64,000 nt of DNA from Ferruginibacter sp. (GTDB lineage Bacteria > Bacteroidota > Bacteroidia > Chitinophagales > Chitinophagaceae): assembly GCA_044225995.1 (NCBI GenBank), contig JBGAHV010000013.1:7319-71318 (forward strand). Direction: 5' to 3'. Every line of letters begins with the position of its first letter. The first letter of the stretch is position 1. Below the pieces are notes generated by a model, which saw only the letters and a program-made list of their open reading frames with translations, ran no database searches and was not told the DNA's origin. The position numbers were made by a program, and so were the translations under genes. Below are positions 36,028 through 44,911 of the stretch, in pieces.

Positions 36028-37119
36028 ATGAAAACAGTATTACCGTTCTTATTTATTTGCGTGTTTGCGCTTTCTGGTAAAGCCCAGGATTTTACTTATA
36101 CCGGGCCTGCAGAATCGGAAGTAAAATCTTTTTGGATAAATGCCATGGGCATAGCCAAAACAAAAAAGTATGCAGAAGGTGTGGCAACCCTGGAAGACAA
36201 ACTTCAAAAAGTAAAACAAAAAGACCCGGCTTACAAAACAGATAAAATGGAAGCTGAAATTGCAAAATGGAAAAGCAAGGCAGGCGATGAAGCCTCCGCT
36301 CCTGCTGCAACACCAGATTTCAGTAACATGAGTCCTCTTCAAAAGTCCATAAAAGCAGACCAGTTGCTGCGTAAACTTTTTGATGAAACCACTATCAATG
36401 TTTCTACTGGTACATTATCTGTAATGGAGTTTAAGTTTAGGGATTATACTGGGCTGGTTGATCAATATATCACTCTTAACACAAAGCCGCAGGACCGGGA
36501 TATTAAGCGTACCAAAACCATTATTGAAAAAATGGTATACAATACCAATAATGATATCAGCAAAATTGAAAGAAGTAATGGAAACAATACTTCAGATGAC
36601 GATGCAAAGGCGAATTATTACCTGGCCAGGTATCATCAGTTGTACTGGCAGGCGGCAGTAAAAATATTTCCTGAAGAAAGTGCGTATGCAGATGAACTTA
36701 AAGTAATTACAGACCTTGTAAATAAAAATGGCAGCCTGGATGCCATGAAAGCTACGATGAGTAAAAACAACGAAGCTGAAATTAAAAACCGTAAGCTGCC
36801 TGTATCAAACGTAAAAGACAGTAAGCTGGAAAAAGTTGTGCTGGATGGATTTAATGCAACATTTGCCGGCAGGGCAACCGCTTTAAAAGTTGTACTGGTG
36901 CAAAACGGCTGGACGACATTACGTAATTCCGTATCAGGTGTGGTAACCGGCAGGGAACGCAGTGTTAAGGTAGCGTATAAAGGCAAAGATGGTAAATGTT
37001 ATTTACTGGATGATTATATTTTTATTCGTGAAGAATATATTGGCAGTTCGTTTACCAATACAAAAGCGGTATTTAATGGTTTATTTGGTTCAGAAATGCT
37101 TTGCGAAAATGTAAAATAA
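36028..37119 (+). CDS. Secreted hypothetical protein
   Basis: 363 aa with a signal peptide (ALSGKAQD). I recognise no family. It is divergent from the LytTR operon. Confidence 0.6.
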   Translation: MKTVLPFLFICVFALSGKAQDFTYTGPAESEVKSFWINAMGIAKTKKYAEGVATLEDKLQKVKQKDPAYKTDKMEAEIAKWKSKAGDEASAPAATPDFSNMSPLQKSIKADQLLRKLFDETTINVSTGTLSVMEFKFRDYTGLVDQYITLNTKPQDRDIKRTKTIIEKMVYNTNNDISKIERSNGNNTSDDDAKANYYLARYHQLYWQAAVKIFPEESAYADELKVITDLVNKNGSLDAMKATMSKNNEAEIKNRKLPVSNVKDSKLEKVVLDGFNATFAGRATALKVVLVQNGWTTLRNSVSGVVTGRERSVKVAYKGKDGKCYLLDDYIFIREEYIGSSFTNTKAVFNGLFGSEMLCENVK

Positions 37120-37141
37120 TATTTTGGTTTTCTTAATTTTC

Positions 37142-37175
37142 AAGGGTAACAGGATAAATAATTGTTACCCTTTTT
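37142..37175 (+). terminator. Intrinsic terminator
   Basis: The stem AAGGGTAACA/TGTTACCCTT has an 11-nt loop and is followed by a T run. Confidence 0.6.
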
Positions 37176-37193
37176 ACTTAACTACTTTTTAAA

Positions 37194-37709
37194 ATGAAAA
37201 GGAAAGTAATTAATTTTTTACTGCTGCTGGTATTAGCACAGGCAGGTGTTTCAGCGCAACAAAAACCTTTGGCGTTAGGGTTGGAAATGTTTGAAAATAT
37301 TGAGTACATAGAGTATTGCCTGCCGCTGCCGCTTAAAGAAATTAAAGAACTACCCGGCTCAGAAAAGGCAGCCCACTCTTTTATAAATAAAAAGAACAAA
37401 AACTGTACGATTGATATAAAAGGATATTACAGCACTGTTGTAAATATTGATACGCTTTACAAACAAACCAATACAGCCAGCAATGAGGAAGCAGGTAAGG
37501 TTGTTACACAAACAGAATTATTGAAAAACAAAAACTGCTTTTATGCTATAGGTTATTACAACAACTTTATTAATAAATATGAGTTTGCAGAAGTTACCTG
37601 GGTTAGAAACGACGAAGTAGTGGAGTTGAAAATTTACTACACAGTAAAAGAAAAGCAGCTTTGGTACGACCGGTTGAAATTAATAATTAAAAATGCCCGT
37701 TGCCTTTAG
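37194..37709 (+). CDS. Secreted hypothetical protein
   Basis: 171 aa with a signal peptide (AGVSAQQ). I recognise no family. Confidence 0.55.
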   Translation: MKRKVINFLLLLVLAQAGVSAQQKPLALGLEMFENIEYIEYCLPLPLKEIKELPGSEKAAHSFINKKNKNCTIDIKGYYSTVVNIDTLYKQTNTASNEEAGKVVTQTELLKNKNCFYAIGYYNNFINKYEFAEVTWVRNDEVVELKIYYTVKEKQLWYDRLKLIIKNARCL

Positions 37710-37737
37710 TTCTTATATTTTCACTTTTTCTGCTATA

Positions 37738-37770
37738 AATGGGTAACGCTGTAAACAACGTTACCCATTT
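37738..37770. terminator. Bidirectional hairpin terminator between convergent genes
   Basis: The stem AAATGGGTAACG/CGTTACCCATTT has a 10-nt loop and AT-rich flanks on both sides. Confidence 0.6.
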
Positions 37771-37842
37771 ATTAATTTAGTGGGTTTGCTTTTGTACCAG
37801 CAATAGTATTGTCGCCCGCCTTTGTTTATTCTTTTACAATTA

Positions 37843-38325
37843 TTACTCTGCAATACGGGCATTTTTAAGTACCACCATACCGTTGTTATAAGCAATGTTA
37901 CCTGCAACAGTAATCAACTCACTTGATTTAAATTTTCTTACTTGTTCCAGGGCATCTTCCTTAAAATAACAGGCAAAGTTTTCTTCTGCCATACCTGAGC
38001 CGGCTTTGTCGCTTACATAAAGCATAAATGTACCATTAACTGGTTTAGTAGTGCCTTTGGGAAATCCTTTTACAGTAACTTCCTTTCCTTTGTTGGCATC
38101 AGCAGCAGCAATAAATTTTATTGCCGCATCTACAGTTAACGTACCCGGAGATGCCGTTGATGTACTACTGTTGTCCTGATTTTTTTCAGATGTTGATTTC
38201 AGGGCGTTTTGTGCGTCTTTCTGTAATTCCTTATCCATACTGTCTTTGCTGGAGGAAGAATTACAGTTAATCAGCAGAAGTGCAAGTGCAACTGTTGTAG
38301 CCGGCCTAATAAATTTTCTTTTCAT
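37843..38325 (-). CDS. Hypothetical lipoprotein at the distal end of the respiratory cluster
   Basis: 160 aa with the lipobox LLINC, a low-complexity Ser/Thr linker and then a domain of about 90 aa. Confidence 0.6.
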   Translation of the reverse strand: MKRKFIRPATTVALALLLINCNSSSSKDSMDKELQKDAQNALKSTSEKNQDNSSTSTASPGTLTVDAAIKFIAAADANKGKEVTVKGFPKGTTKPVNGTFMLYVSDKAGSGMAEENFACYFKEDALEQVRKFKSSELITVAGNIAYNNGMVVLKNARIAE

Positions 38326-38457
38326 TTTTTTAAATTTTTATCAATCTAAAAAAATAAACAACTTCAGACAGGAGCATTCTATAAATGCAGTGACTTTATT
38401 GGCAACAGGCATCTCCTGCTTCACAAGCGGGCTTTGTAAATGCAGGCATTGGATAGC

Positions 38458-39042
38458 TTATTTGTAGTAAGGGCTAATCATTAAATAAACAATTACTCCG
38501 CTTACAGCAACAAAAAACCACACCGGCCAGGTAACACGTGTTAAACGCCTGTGTTGCTCATATTCGCCGGTTAATGCACGGTAAGCAGTAAATAGAATAA
38601 AGGGAAGAATAATGCCGGCAAGCGGAATATGTGTAAATAAAATAAAAAAGTATACCATCCGAAGGCTTCCTGCAGCAGTGGCTTCTTCAGTACTTAAAAC
38701 CCCGTCTCCGTTTACATCACCGTATTTTGTCTCGCCTGCAAATAAGTGATGGCAGATGTAAGAAACTAAAAACAAAACAGAAAGCACAATGGCAAACAGC
38801 ATTATTTTTTTATGCAGCTGGTAATTACGCTGCTTTGCTGTAAACAAACCCGCCAGCAATAAAACAGCAACGGCAGAGTTAATAACAGCATTTGCCGTAG
38901 CAAACAGGTGCACATCAAAACCCAAATTAACGGTTAGCTTAACACGGCTTAATAATACCACGGCGGCAAACACAATTATTGATACGGTCCAGATTAAAGT
39001 TTTTGCTGCGCTGTCGTTTTTTTTAAGAGAGGGTTGCAACAT
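38458..39042 (-). CDS. DUF420-family membrane protein (CtaM/YozB-like oxidase-associated) with an EF-hand-like loop
   Basis: 194 aa with 4-5 TM segments and the conserved His pair context (ICHHLF, FTHIPLA). Its position next to SCO and the oxidase genes fits DUF420. The loop contains DVNGDGVLSTEE. Confidence 0.7.
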   Translation of the reverse strand: MLQPSLKKNDSAAKTLIWTVSIIVFAAVVLLSRVKLTVNLGFDVHLFATANAVINSAVAVLLLAGLFTAKQRNYQLHKKIMLFAIVLSVLFLVSYICHHLFAGETKYGDVNGDGVLSTEEATAAGSLRMVYFFILFTHIPLAGIILPFILFTAYRALTGEYEQHRRLTRVTWPVWFFVAVSGVIVYLMISPYYK

Positions 39043-39043
39043 G

Positions 39044-39829
39044 CTATGCTTGTTTTTTTCGTCGGTTATTAAGAATAAGAGTTACTATAAATACAATTCC
39101 AATAGCAATAAAAATAACAGGCAGTATCGGGATAAAACTCCTGAATACACTCGGTGCTTTTTTATCTTTCTCCAGCATCAGCAATGGTATGTCTTTTACC
39201 AGTCTTGTCATAGCTGCAGTATCAAATCCATTGTAATAACCCCGAACGATACGGTTGCTGTCTAATAAAAAGAAATTTTCTGTATGAATGAAAGCGGTAT
39301 CAACGCCGGGGTCTGCGACATTTGCACGAATTTCATGCAAAGCAAAATCATAAATATCTTTTTTATTGCCGGTAACCATCCACCAGGTATCATGATTAAT
39401 ATTAAAGCGGTCGGCAAATTTGCGCAGCTGCTGTACTGAATCATGCTCCGGGTCAATACTTACAGAAATAAATTGTACAATACTGTCATTTTGCTTAAAT
39501 GAATCCTGCAGGCGTTTCATACTGCGTGCAAGCCCGGGACATATAGAAGGGCAACGGGTAAAAAAGAAATCCATTACTATAATGCGGCCATGCAGGCTGT
39601 CCAGGTCAACTTTATTCCCCAGCTGGTTGGTAAACTCTATATTCTTCACGCTGTGCCAAACAGTGTCTGTAATATTTTTTCCGTTTTCATTTCTTACTAC
39701 CACACTATCGGGTATATAATATTTGCGGGGCATTACAACGGCTTCTTTGCTGTAATGTTTTACCAGCAGGTAACCCGTCATGGGCAGCAATATGGCCAGC
39801 ATTAAGGCAAGTATGGCTTTTTGATTCAT
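39044..39829 (-). CDS. SCO1/SenC-family copper chaperone (CuA assembly)
   Basis: 261 aa with an N-terminal TM, a thioredoxin fold with the FFFTRCPSICP CxxxC motif, and a downstream His (FIHTENF). There is an extra C-terminal TM. Confidence 0.85.
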   Translation of the reverse strand: MNQKAILALMLAILLPMTGYLLVKHYSKEAVVMPRKYYIPDSVVVRNENGKNITDTVWHSVKNIEFTNQLGNKVDLDSLHGRIIVMDFFFTRCPSICPGLARSMKRLQDSFKQNDSIVQFISVSIDPEHDSVQQLRKFADRFNINHDTWWMVTGNKKDIYDFALHEIRANVADPGVDTAFIHTENFFLLDSNRIVRGYYNGFDTAAMTRLVKDIPLLMLEKDKKAPSVFRSFIPILPVIFIAIGIVFIVTLILNNRRKKQA

Positions 39830-39941
39830 GCAGTATTGTTCGCTGTAAAAAGAGGATGCAAAGGTACGTCAGCACGGGTGATGTATAAACAAAAAAACGT
39901 CCCGAAAATTCAGGACGTTTTAAATATATCGAATGTTTTAC

Positions 39942-40394
39942 TTAATCTTTAGCACCTTTTTCTGTGGCGGCGGGTTTGTGCACCTGTTCAACCGGAGCTT
40001 TGCGGCTGCCTGCATTAGTGTTTCTTAAATTTCTCCAGCTGTTACCATCCCACAAAAACGCAAGTATGAACCAGATGAATAAACACAAAGGCACAACAAT
40101 CGTCATAATAAAATTCCTGATTTCATCACCCAGGTGCATAAATACAGAAACAATATAATAGGCTTTTGCCAACGATAAAATGCAAATGGCTCCTTTTACA
40201 AATAGTATGGTTCCATGGCTTGTTTCAGGGTCTCCGTACCAGTGCTTAGCCAGACCAAACCCAAGGCACAGTTCTATAATAGTGATTATAGAAAGCACCC
40301 AGGTTACTTTCATAAACCGTTTTACTGCATCGTCTTTATGCGGTGCTGCGTAAGTAATTTCTGGTGATGATATTGTTGAATGATGTTCGCTCAT
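39942..40394 (-). CDS. Cytochrome c oxidase subunit IV-family small membrane protein
   Basis: 150 aa with three TM helices. Its position after the subunit III genes is typical of the bacterial CoxIV (prokaryotic) family. Confidence 0.65.
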   Translation of the reverse strand: MSEHHSTISSPEITYAAPHKDDAVKRFMKVTWVLSIITIIELCLGFGLAKHWYGDPETSHGTILFVKGAICILSLAKAYYIVSVFMHLGDEIRNFIMTIVVPLCLFIWFILAFLWDGNSWRNLRNTNAGSRKAPVEQVHKPAATEKGAKD

Positions 40395-40431
40395 ATACTC
40401 GTTTAATAAATTTTTGTCTGAATTTTTTCTG

Positions 40432-41316
40432 TTAAATCAAATAGAAACACAGGAACACAAATACCCAAACCAAATCCACAAAGTGCCAGTACAAACCTGC
40501 TTTTTCAATCATTTCATAATGACCACGCTGGTCAAAGTGGCCCAGCTTGGTTTTAATGTACATAATAACATTTATTACCACACCGCTAAATACGTGGAAA
40601 CCGTGAAAACCGGTAATACCAAAGAAGTATCCACCAAATGCAATAGGGCCGGGATTGGTTATGTGTAAATGACCTGCAGCAACCATTTCGTTTACTTTGG
40701 CTGTAAGTTCGGCTGCAGACAATCCTTTTAATGAAGCAGCAGTTGCAGCGTGGTCATGTGATAATACCATTGACTCTAAAACCCTGTGTGGTGTTTTAGC
40801 AAGTGCATCAGCCAATGCAGTTCCTTCCAAATGGCTTCCCCATGGGTTATGAATTACCGATGTATTCCAGGCTTCCAGTGCACCGCTTTTTGCCAGTACA
40901 AAATGTTCCCCTGTTAACAAGTGTGTCCATTCCCACGCCTGGCAGCTCAAAAACGCAAGGCCACCCAAAATAGTCCATAACATATATTTTTCAACCCCTT
41001 TTCTGTCCATTAAGTGGCCTTTGTGTACGGCCATTACCATGGTAACAGAGCTGATGATGAGAATAAAGGTCATGATACTTACAAAGAACAATGGCGCACC
41101 ACCATGAATAAATGGCGCACTGTCAAATACCTGGTTAGGGTCTGCCCAGTGGTTTACACTAAAACGGATGGTACCATAGCTGATCAAAAATGCGCCGAAC
41201 GTAAAAGCATCACTCATTAAAAAGTACCACATCATTACTTTACCATAGCTGATGTTGAATGGGCTTCTGCCTCCGTTCCACCACTTGGTATTTGTTGGTA
41301 TTGCTGTTGTTGACAT
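40432..41316 (-). CDS. Cytochrome c oxidase subunit III (second of two subunit III-family genes, with a soluble insertion)
   Basis: 294 aa. FFGITGFHGFHVFSGV and LYWHFVDLVWVFVF are hallmark subunit III motifs. An insert of about 85 aa lies between QAWEWTHL and GGYFF. Confidence 0.8.
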   Translation of the reverse strand: MSTTAIPTNTKWWNGGRSPFNISYGKVMMWYFLMSDAFTFGAFLISYGTIRFSVNHWADPNQVFDSAPFIHGGAPLFFVSIMTFILIISSVTMVMAVHKGHLMDRKGVEKYMLWTILGGLAFLSCQAWEWTHLLTGEHFVLAKSGALEAWNTSVIHNPWGSHLEGTALADALAKTPHRVLESMVLSHDHAATAASLKGLSAAELTAKVNEMVAAGHLHITNPGPIAFGGYFFGITGFHGFHVFSGVVINVIMYIKTKLGHFDQRGHYEMIEKAGLYWHFVDLVWVFVFLCFYLI

Positions 41317-41365
41317 AAGTCTCTGTAAATTCTAAATTTTAAAAACTAAGTTCTTTATATACTTT

Positions 41366-41932
41366 CTATCGTATCATTATTAAAAAAACAAGCAGGTAAA
41401 TCCATAAGCCGTCTACAAAATGCCAGTATGTACTTACCACTTCTAAAGGCACTGTATTGTAACTTCTTACTTTTGACCGGAATGCTTTTGCAAACAGAAC
41501 AAGTAATGCTATCACCCCTCCGGCAACGTGCAGTGCATGTGCCAGCACTATCACGTACAGGAATGAGTAAGATACATTGCCTGTTAAAGTAATGCCTGCA
41601 TTCCACAACTGCTTAAAGCCAATAACCTGCAGAATAATAAACAGCACACCTAAAATAAGTGTGGCCGTAATAAAGCTGCGGTACTGCTGCATCTGTCTTT
41701 GTTTAAAAGAGCGGCCGGCAAGGTAAATGGTAATGCTGCTTAAAACAATTGCAGCGGTACTAACCCAAAAAACCACCGGTAATTCAAAACTCACCCATTT
41801 TGCCTGGTTGCGCTTAATTATATAAGCACTGGTAAAACCAGCAAACATCATCAGCATCCCTGCTATACCAATCCACAATGTAAACTTATGTGGATGAATT
41901 TTTTTTCGTTGTTCCATTGCCACTGCGTTCAT
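41366..41932 (-). CDS. Cytochrome c oxidase subunit III-family protein (first of two)
   Basis: It has five TM helices, with HALHVAGGVIALL and TYWHFVDGLWIYLLVF motifs. The tracked ORF starts at a TTG (41941). The first ATG is at 41932, so the start is uncertain. Confidence 0.75.
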   Translation of the reverse strand: MNAVAMEQRKKIHPHKFTLWIGIAGMLMMFAGFTSAYIIKRNQAKWVSFELPVVFWVSTAAIVLSSITIYLAGRSFKQRQMQQYRSFITATLILGVLFIILQVIGFKQLWNAGITLTGNVSYSFLYVIVLAHALHVAGGVIALLVLFAKAFRSKVRSYNTVPLEVVSTYWHFVDGLWIYLLVFLIMIR

Positions 41933-42080
41933 ATACCTCAATCTGCCTGCGGCAGATATTTTTATTTTGTTACAAACATTTGTTCTTTATTCATCATTGT
42001 TGTGAACTTGTTCTGTTATTTTTTATTCTTTCAGTGAATGAATAATAAATAATCTCACTTCAGCGGTTTATTCGCTGGCA

Positions 42081-43016
42081 TCATCCCGGCATTCTGTCTG
42101 CATACAAGCTCAGCAACACAATCATCAAATAAAAATAAGAGCTAAACATTACCATTCGTGCACTTTTTGCATTCATCTTCATCAGCAACATCACACTGGC
42201 ATATACCATCCAAAGGTTGCAACCCAGCACAATCCACATACTGGTGGCACCGCAAATACCATAAAAGTAAGGCAGTACACCAACCGGAATCATCAAGGCA
42301 CTGTACATAATACTTTGAATGGCGGTAAACCGTTCAGGCCCCTTATCACCCGGCAGCAACTTAAATCCTGCTGTGGTATAATCTTTATGTGCCAGCCATG
42401 CAATGGCCCAAAAATGCGGAAACTGCCAAAGAAACTGTATACCAAAAATAATCCAGCCGCCGGTCCATTCAATTTCGTTGGCGCCATATGCCGCCACCCA
42501 GCCTATTAAGCATGGCAACGCACCCGGCACGCCACCAACAAGTACAGAAATAGAGTTTACTTTTTTTAACGGCGTATAAATAAACCCGTATAAAAAAAGG
42601 CTGAACAGGCTGATTAAAGCGCTTTGAAAATTGAAGCAATACCACATTAAAGCAGTACCACCCAAGCCCGCTATAACCGCAAAAGCCACTGCTTCATTTT
42701 CACTCATCCGTCCACTTGCAACGGGGCGTTTTGCTGTGCGCTTCATCAATGCATCAGAGTTTTTTTCAAGTACCTGGTTAATGGCATTGGCTGCTCCCGT
42801 AACCAGCATTCCTCCTGCAAAAAGTAAAAGAACTGATATTAATTTCTCCCTTGAAAAATTTTTTTCATTAGGAGCAATTAAAAAACTAACTACTGTACTA
42901 AACACCACCATAAAACTTAAAGTGAACTTTACTAACTGAAAATAATCTTTCACTTTAGCTGCCAGCCCGTTTGTTACAGGGCCTGCAGTGATTTTATCTT
43001 GTTCGGTGGTTTTCAA
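42081..43016 (-). CDS. ctaB: Protoheme IX farnesyltransferase (heme O synthase)
   Basis: 311 aa in the UbiA family, with NQVLEKNSDALMKRTAKRPVASG and about 9 TM helices. The only in-frame start near the 5' end is TTG at 43016. Confidence 0.85.
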   Translation of the reverse strand: MKTTEQDKITAGPVTNGLAAKVKDYFQLVKFTLSFMVVFSTVVSFLIAPNEKNFSREKLISVLLLFAGGMLVTGAANAINQVLEKNSDALMKRTAKRPVASGRMSENEAVAFAVIAGLGGTALMWYCFNFQSALISLFSLFLYGFIYTPLKKVNSISVLVGGVPGALPCLIGWVAAYGANEIEWTGGWIIFGIQFLWQFPHFWAIAWLAHKDYTTAGFKLLPGDKGPERFTAIQSIMYSALMIPVGVLPYFYGICGATSMWIVLGCNLWMVYASVMLLMKMNAKSARMVMFSSYFYLMIVLLSLYADRMPG

Positions 43017-43073
43017 AAATCTTTTTTTTATCCTTAGTTTCTCTCTTCACACAACATTCAGTAATCATCCAAA

Positions 43074-44876
43074 TTAATGGTGTGATTCATCTGCACCAAC
43101 TGGTGTTGTCTGCGGAATGAATTCTTTACCATCTTTTGCATAATCATAAGCACCACGGTAAACTTCCGGAATTTCCCCTGGCCAGTTTCCGTGTCCGGGA
43201 TTGATTGGTGTTGTCCATTCCAGAGTATTAGAACCCCATGGGTTTTGTGTAGTAACCTTTCTTCCCTTATACATGCTATAGAAAAAGTTGAATATAAACA
43301 ACAGCTGCACCAGGAACACAACACCAGCAACAAAACTGATGAATTCATTCAACCCGGCAAACTGTTTAAATGACTCCCAGCTGGAATAGTCATAATAGCG
43401 GCGTGGCATACCGGCCAAACCTTCGTAGTGCATTGGCCAGAAAATTAAGTAGGCGCCAATAATCGTTACCCAAAAATGGATATAAGCCATTGTGTTGTTC
43501 AAGTAGCGGCCAAACATTTTAGGGAACCAGTGATAAACACCGGCAAACATACCAAACATACTTGCCACACCCATTACAATATGGAAGTGAGCAATTACAA
43601 AATAAGTATCATGCAGGTGAAGGTCTAACGCAGAGTTTCCTAAAAAGATACCTGTTAAACCACCACTAATGAATAAACTTACAAAACCAATGGCGAACAG
43701 CATACCCGGTGTAAAGCGGATATTACCCCGCCATAAAGTGGTAAGCCAGTTAAATACTTTAATGGCCGACGGCACCGCAATCAATAACGTTAGCAGTACA
43801 AATACAGACCCGAGGAATGGGTTAAGCCCCGTTACAAACATATGATGCGCCCAAACCAGGAAGGCTAATATTGCAATGGCAAACAGTGAGCCCACCATTG
43901 CCATATATCCAAAAATTGGTTTGCGGCTGTTTACTGCAATAATTTCTGATGCCATACCCATTGCTGGCAACAAAATAATATACACTTCCGGGTGGCCCAG
44001 GAACCAGAACAGGTGCTGGAATAAGATGGCACTACCACCTTCGTTTGGTAAAATTTTACCGCCAACAACAATATCACTTAAATAGAAGCTGGTGCCCAGG
44101 TTTCGGTCGAACAACAACAGGATGGCGCCAGATAATAATACAGGGAAGCTTAACACACCCAGTACAGCGGTAAAGAACAAAGCCCAAACCGTTAAAGGAA
44201 GGCGTGTCATACTCATACCTTTTGTACGCAGGTTTAAAATAGTACTGATATAATTTAAGCCGCCCAACAATGAACTTACAATAAATAATGCCATACCAAC
44301 CAGCCACAAGTCCATACCAATTTTACTGCCAATTGATGCTTCACCCAAAGCACTTAATGGAGGGTAAATTGTCCACCCGCCGCTTGCAGGGCCTGTTTGT
44401 ACAAACAAGGAAGAGAACATTACAACTGATGCAAGGAAGAAGAACCAGTAACTAAGCATATTCAGCATGGGCGAGGCCATATCTCTTGCACCAATCTGCA
44501 AAGGAATAAGGAAGTTGGCAAAAGTACCACTCAAACCAGCCGTTAATACAAAGAACACAAGTATGGTTCCATGCATAGTAACCAGTGCATAGTAAAATTC
44601 AGGTTGCAGTTTGCCTCCTTTAGCCCAGTGGCCTAAAAAGTCTTCCAGGAAAGGAAAGGTAGATTCAGGATAGCCTAACTGGAAGCGGAATATCACAGAG
44701 AACAACCCGCCTATAAAAGCCCAAATCATACCTGTTACCAAAAATTGTTTGGCAATCATTTTATGATCCTGGCTGAAAACGTATTTGGTTATAAACGTTT
44801 CGTGGTGGTGATGTTCGTGATGTGCATCGTGTCCTGCGTGTGCATGTACATCATGTAATGTGGCTGCGCTGCTCAT
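43074..44876 (-). CDS. ctaD: Cytochrome c oxidase subunit I (heme-copper oxidase, A-type)
   Basis: 600 aa. It has GHPEVYILLPAMG, WAHHMF and HDTYFVIAHFHIVM, with the canonical His ligands and a D-channel region. Confidence 0.95.
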   Translation of the reverse strand: MSSAATLHDVHAHAGHDAHHEHHHHETFITKYVFSQDHKMIAKQFLVTGMIWAFIGGLFSVIFRFQLGYPESTFPFLEDFLGHWAKGGKLQPEFYYALVTMHGTILVFFVLTAGLSGTFANFLIPLQIGARDMASPMLNMLSYWFFFLASVVMFSSLFVQTGPASGGWTIYPPLSALGEASIGSKIGMDLWLVGMALFIVSSLLGGLNYISTILNLRTKGMSMTRLPLTVWALFFTAVLGVLSFPVLLSGAILLLFDRNLGTSFYLSDIVVGGKILPNEGGSAILFQHLFWFLGHPEVYIILLPAMGMASEIIAVNSRKPIFGYMAMVGSLFAIAILAFLVWAHHMFVTGLNPFLGSVFVLLTLLIAVPSAIKVFNWLTTLWRGNIRFTPGMLFAIGFVSLFISGGLTGIFLGNSALDLHLHDTYFVIAHFHIVMGVASMFGMFAGVYHWFPKMFGRYLNNTMAYIHFWVTIIGAYLIFWPMHYEGLAGMPRRYYDYSSWESFKQFAGLNEFISFVAGVVFLVQLLFIFNFFYSMYKGRKVTTQNPWGSNTLEWTTPINPGHGNWPGEIPEVYRGAYDYAKDGKEFIPQTTPVGADESHH

Positions 44877-44911
44877 AATCGTGTTATAGTTTTTTCAGTC
44901 CTTTTTTAAAA

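Noticed and set aside
37142-37770. Two terminators share GGGTAAC...GTTACCC arms. I considered a REP-like element.
   Set aside because: Only 7 nt are shared, and the loops and flanks differ. This is compatible with chance among GC-rich terminator stems.
41326-41338. TAAATTCTAAATT lies upstream of the subunit III start and again at 48670-48682 upstream of actD. I considered a shared regulatory or translational element.
   Set aside because: These are short, AT-rich leader sequences of the kind typical for Bacteroidota. Two copies are not statistically compelling.
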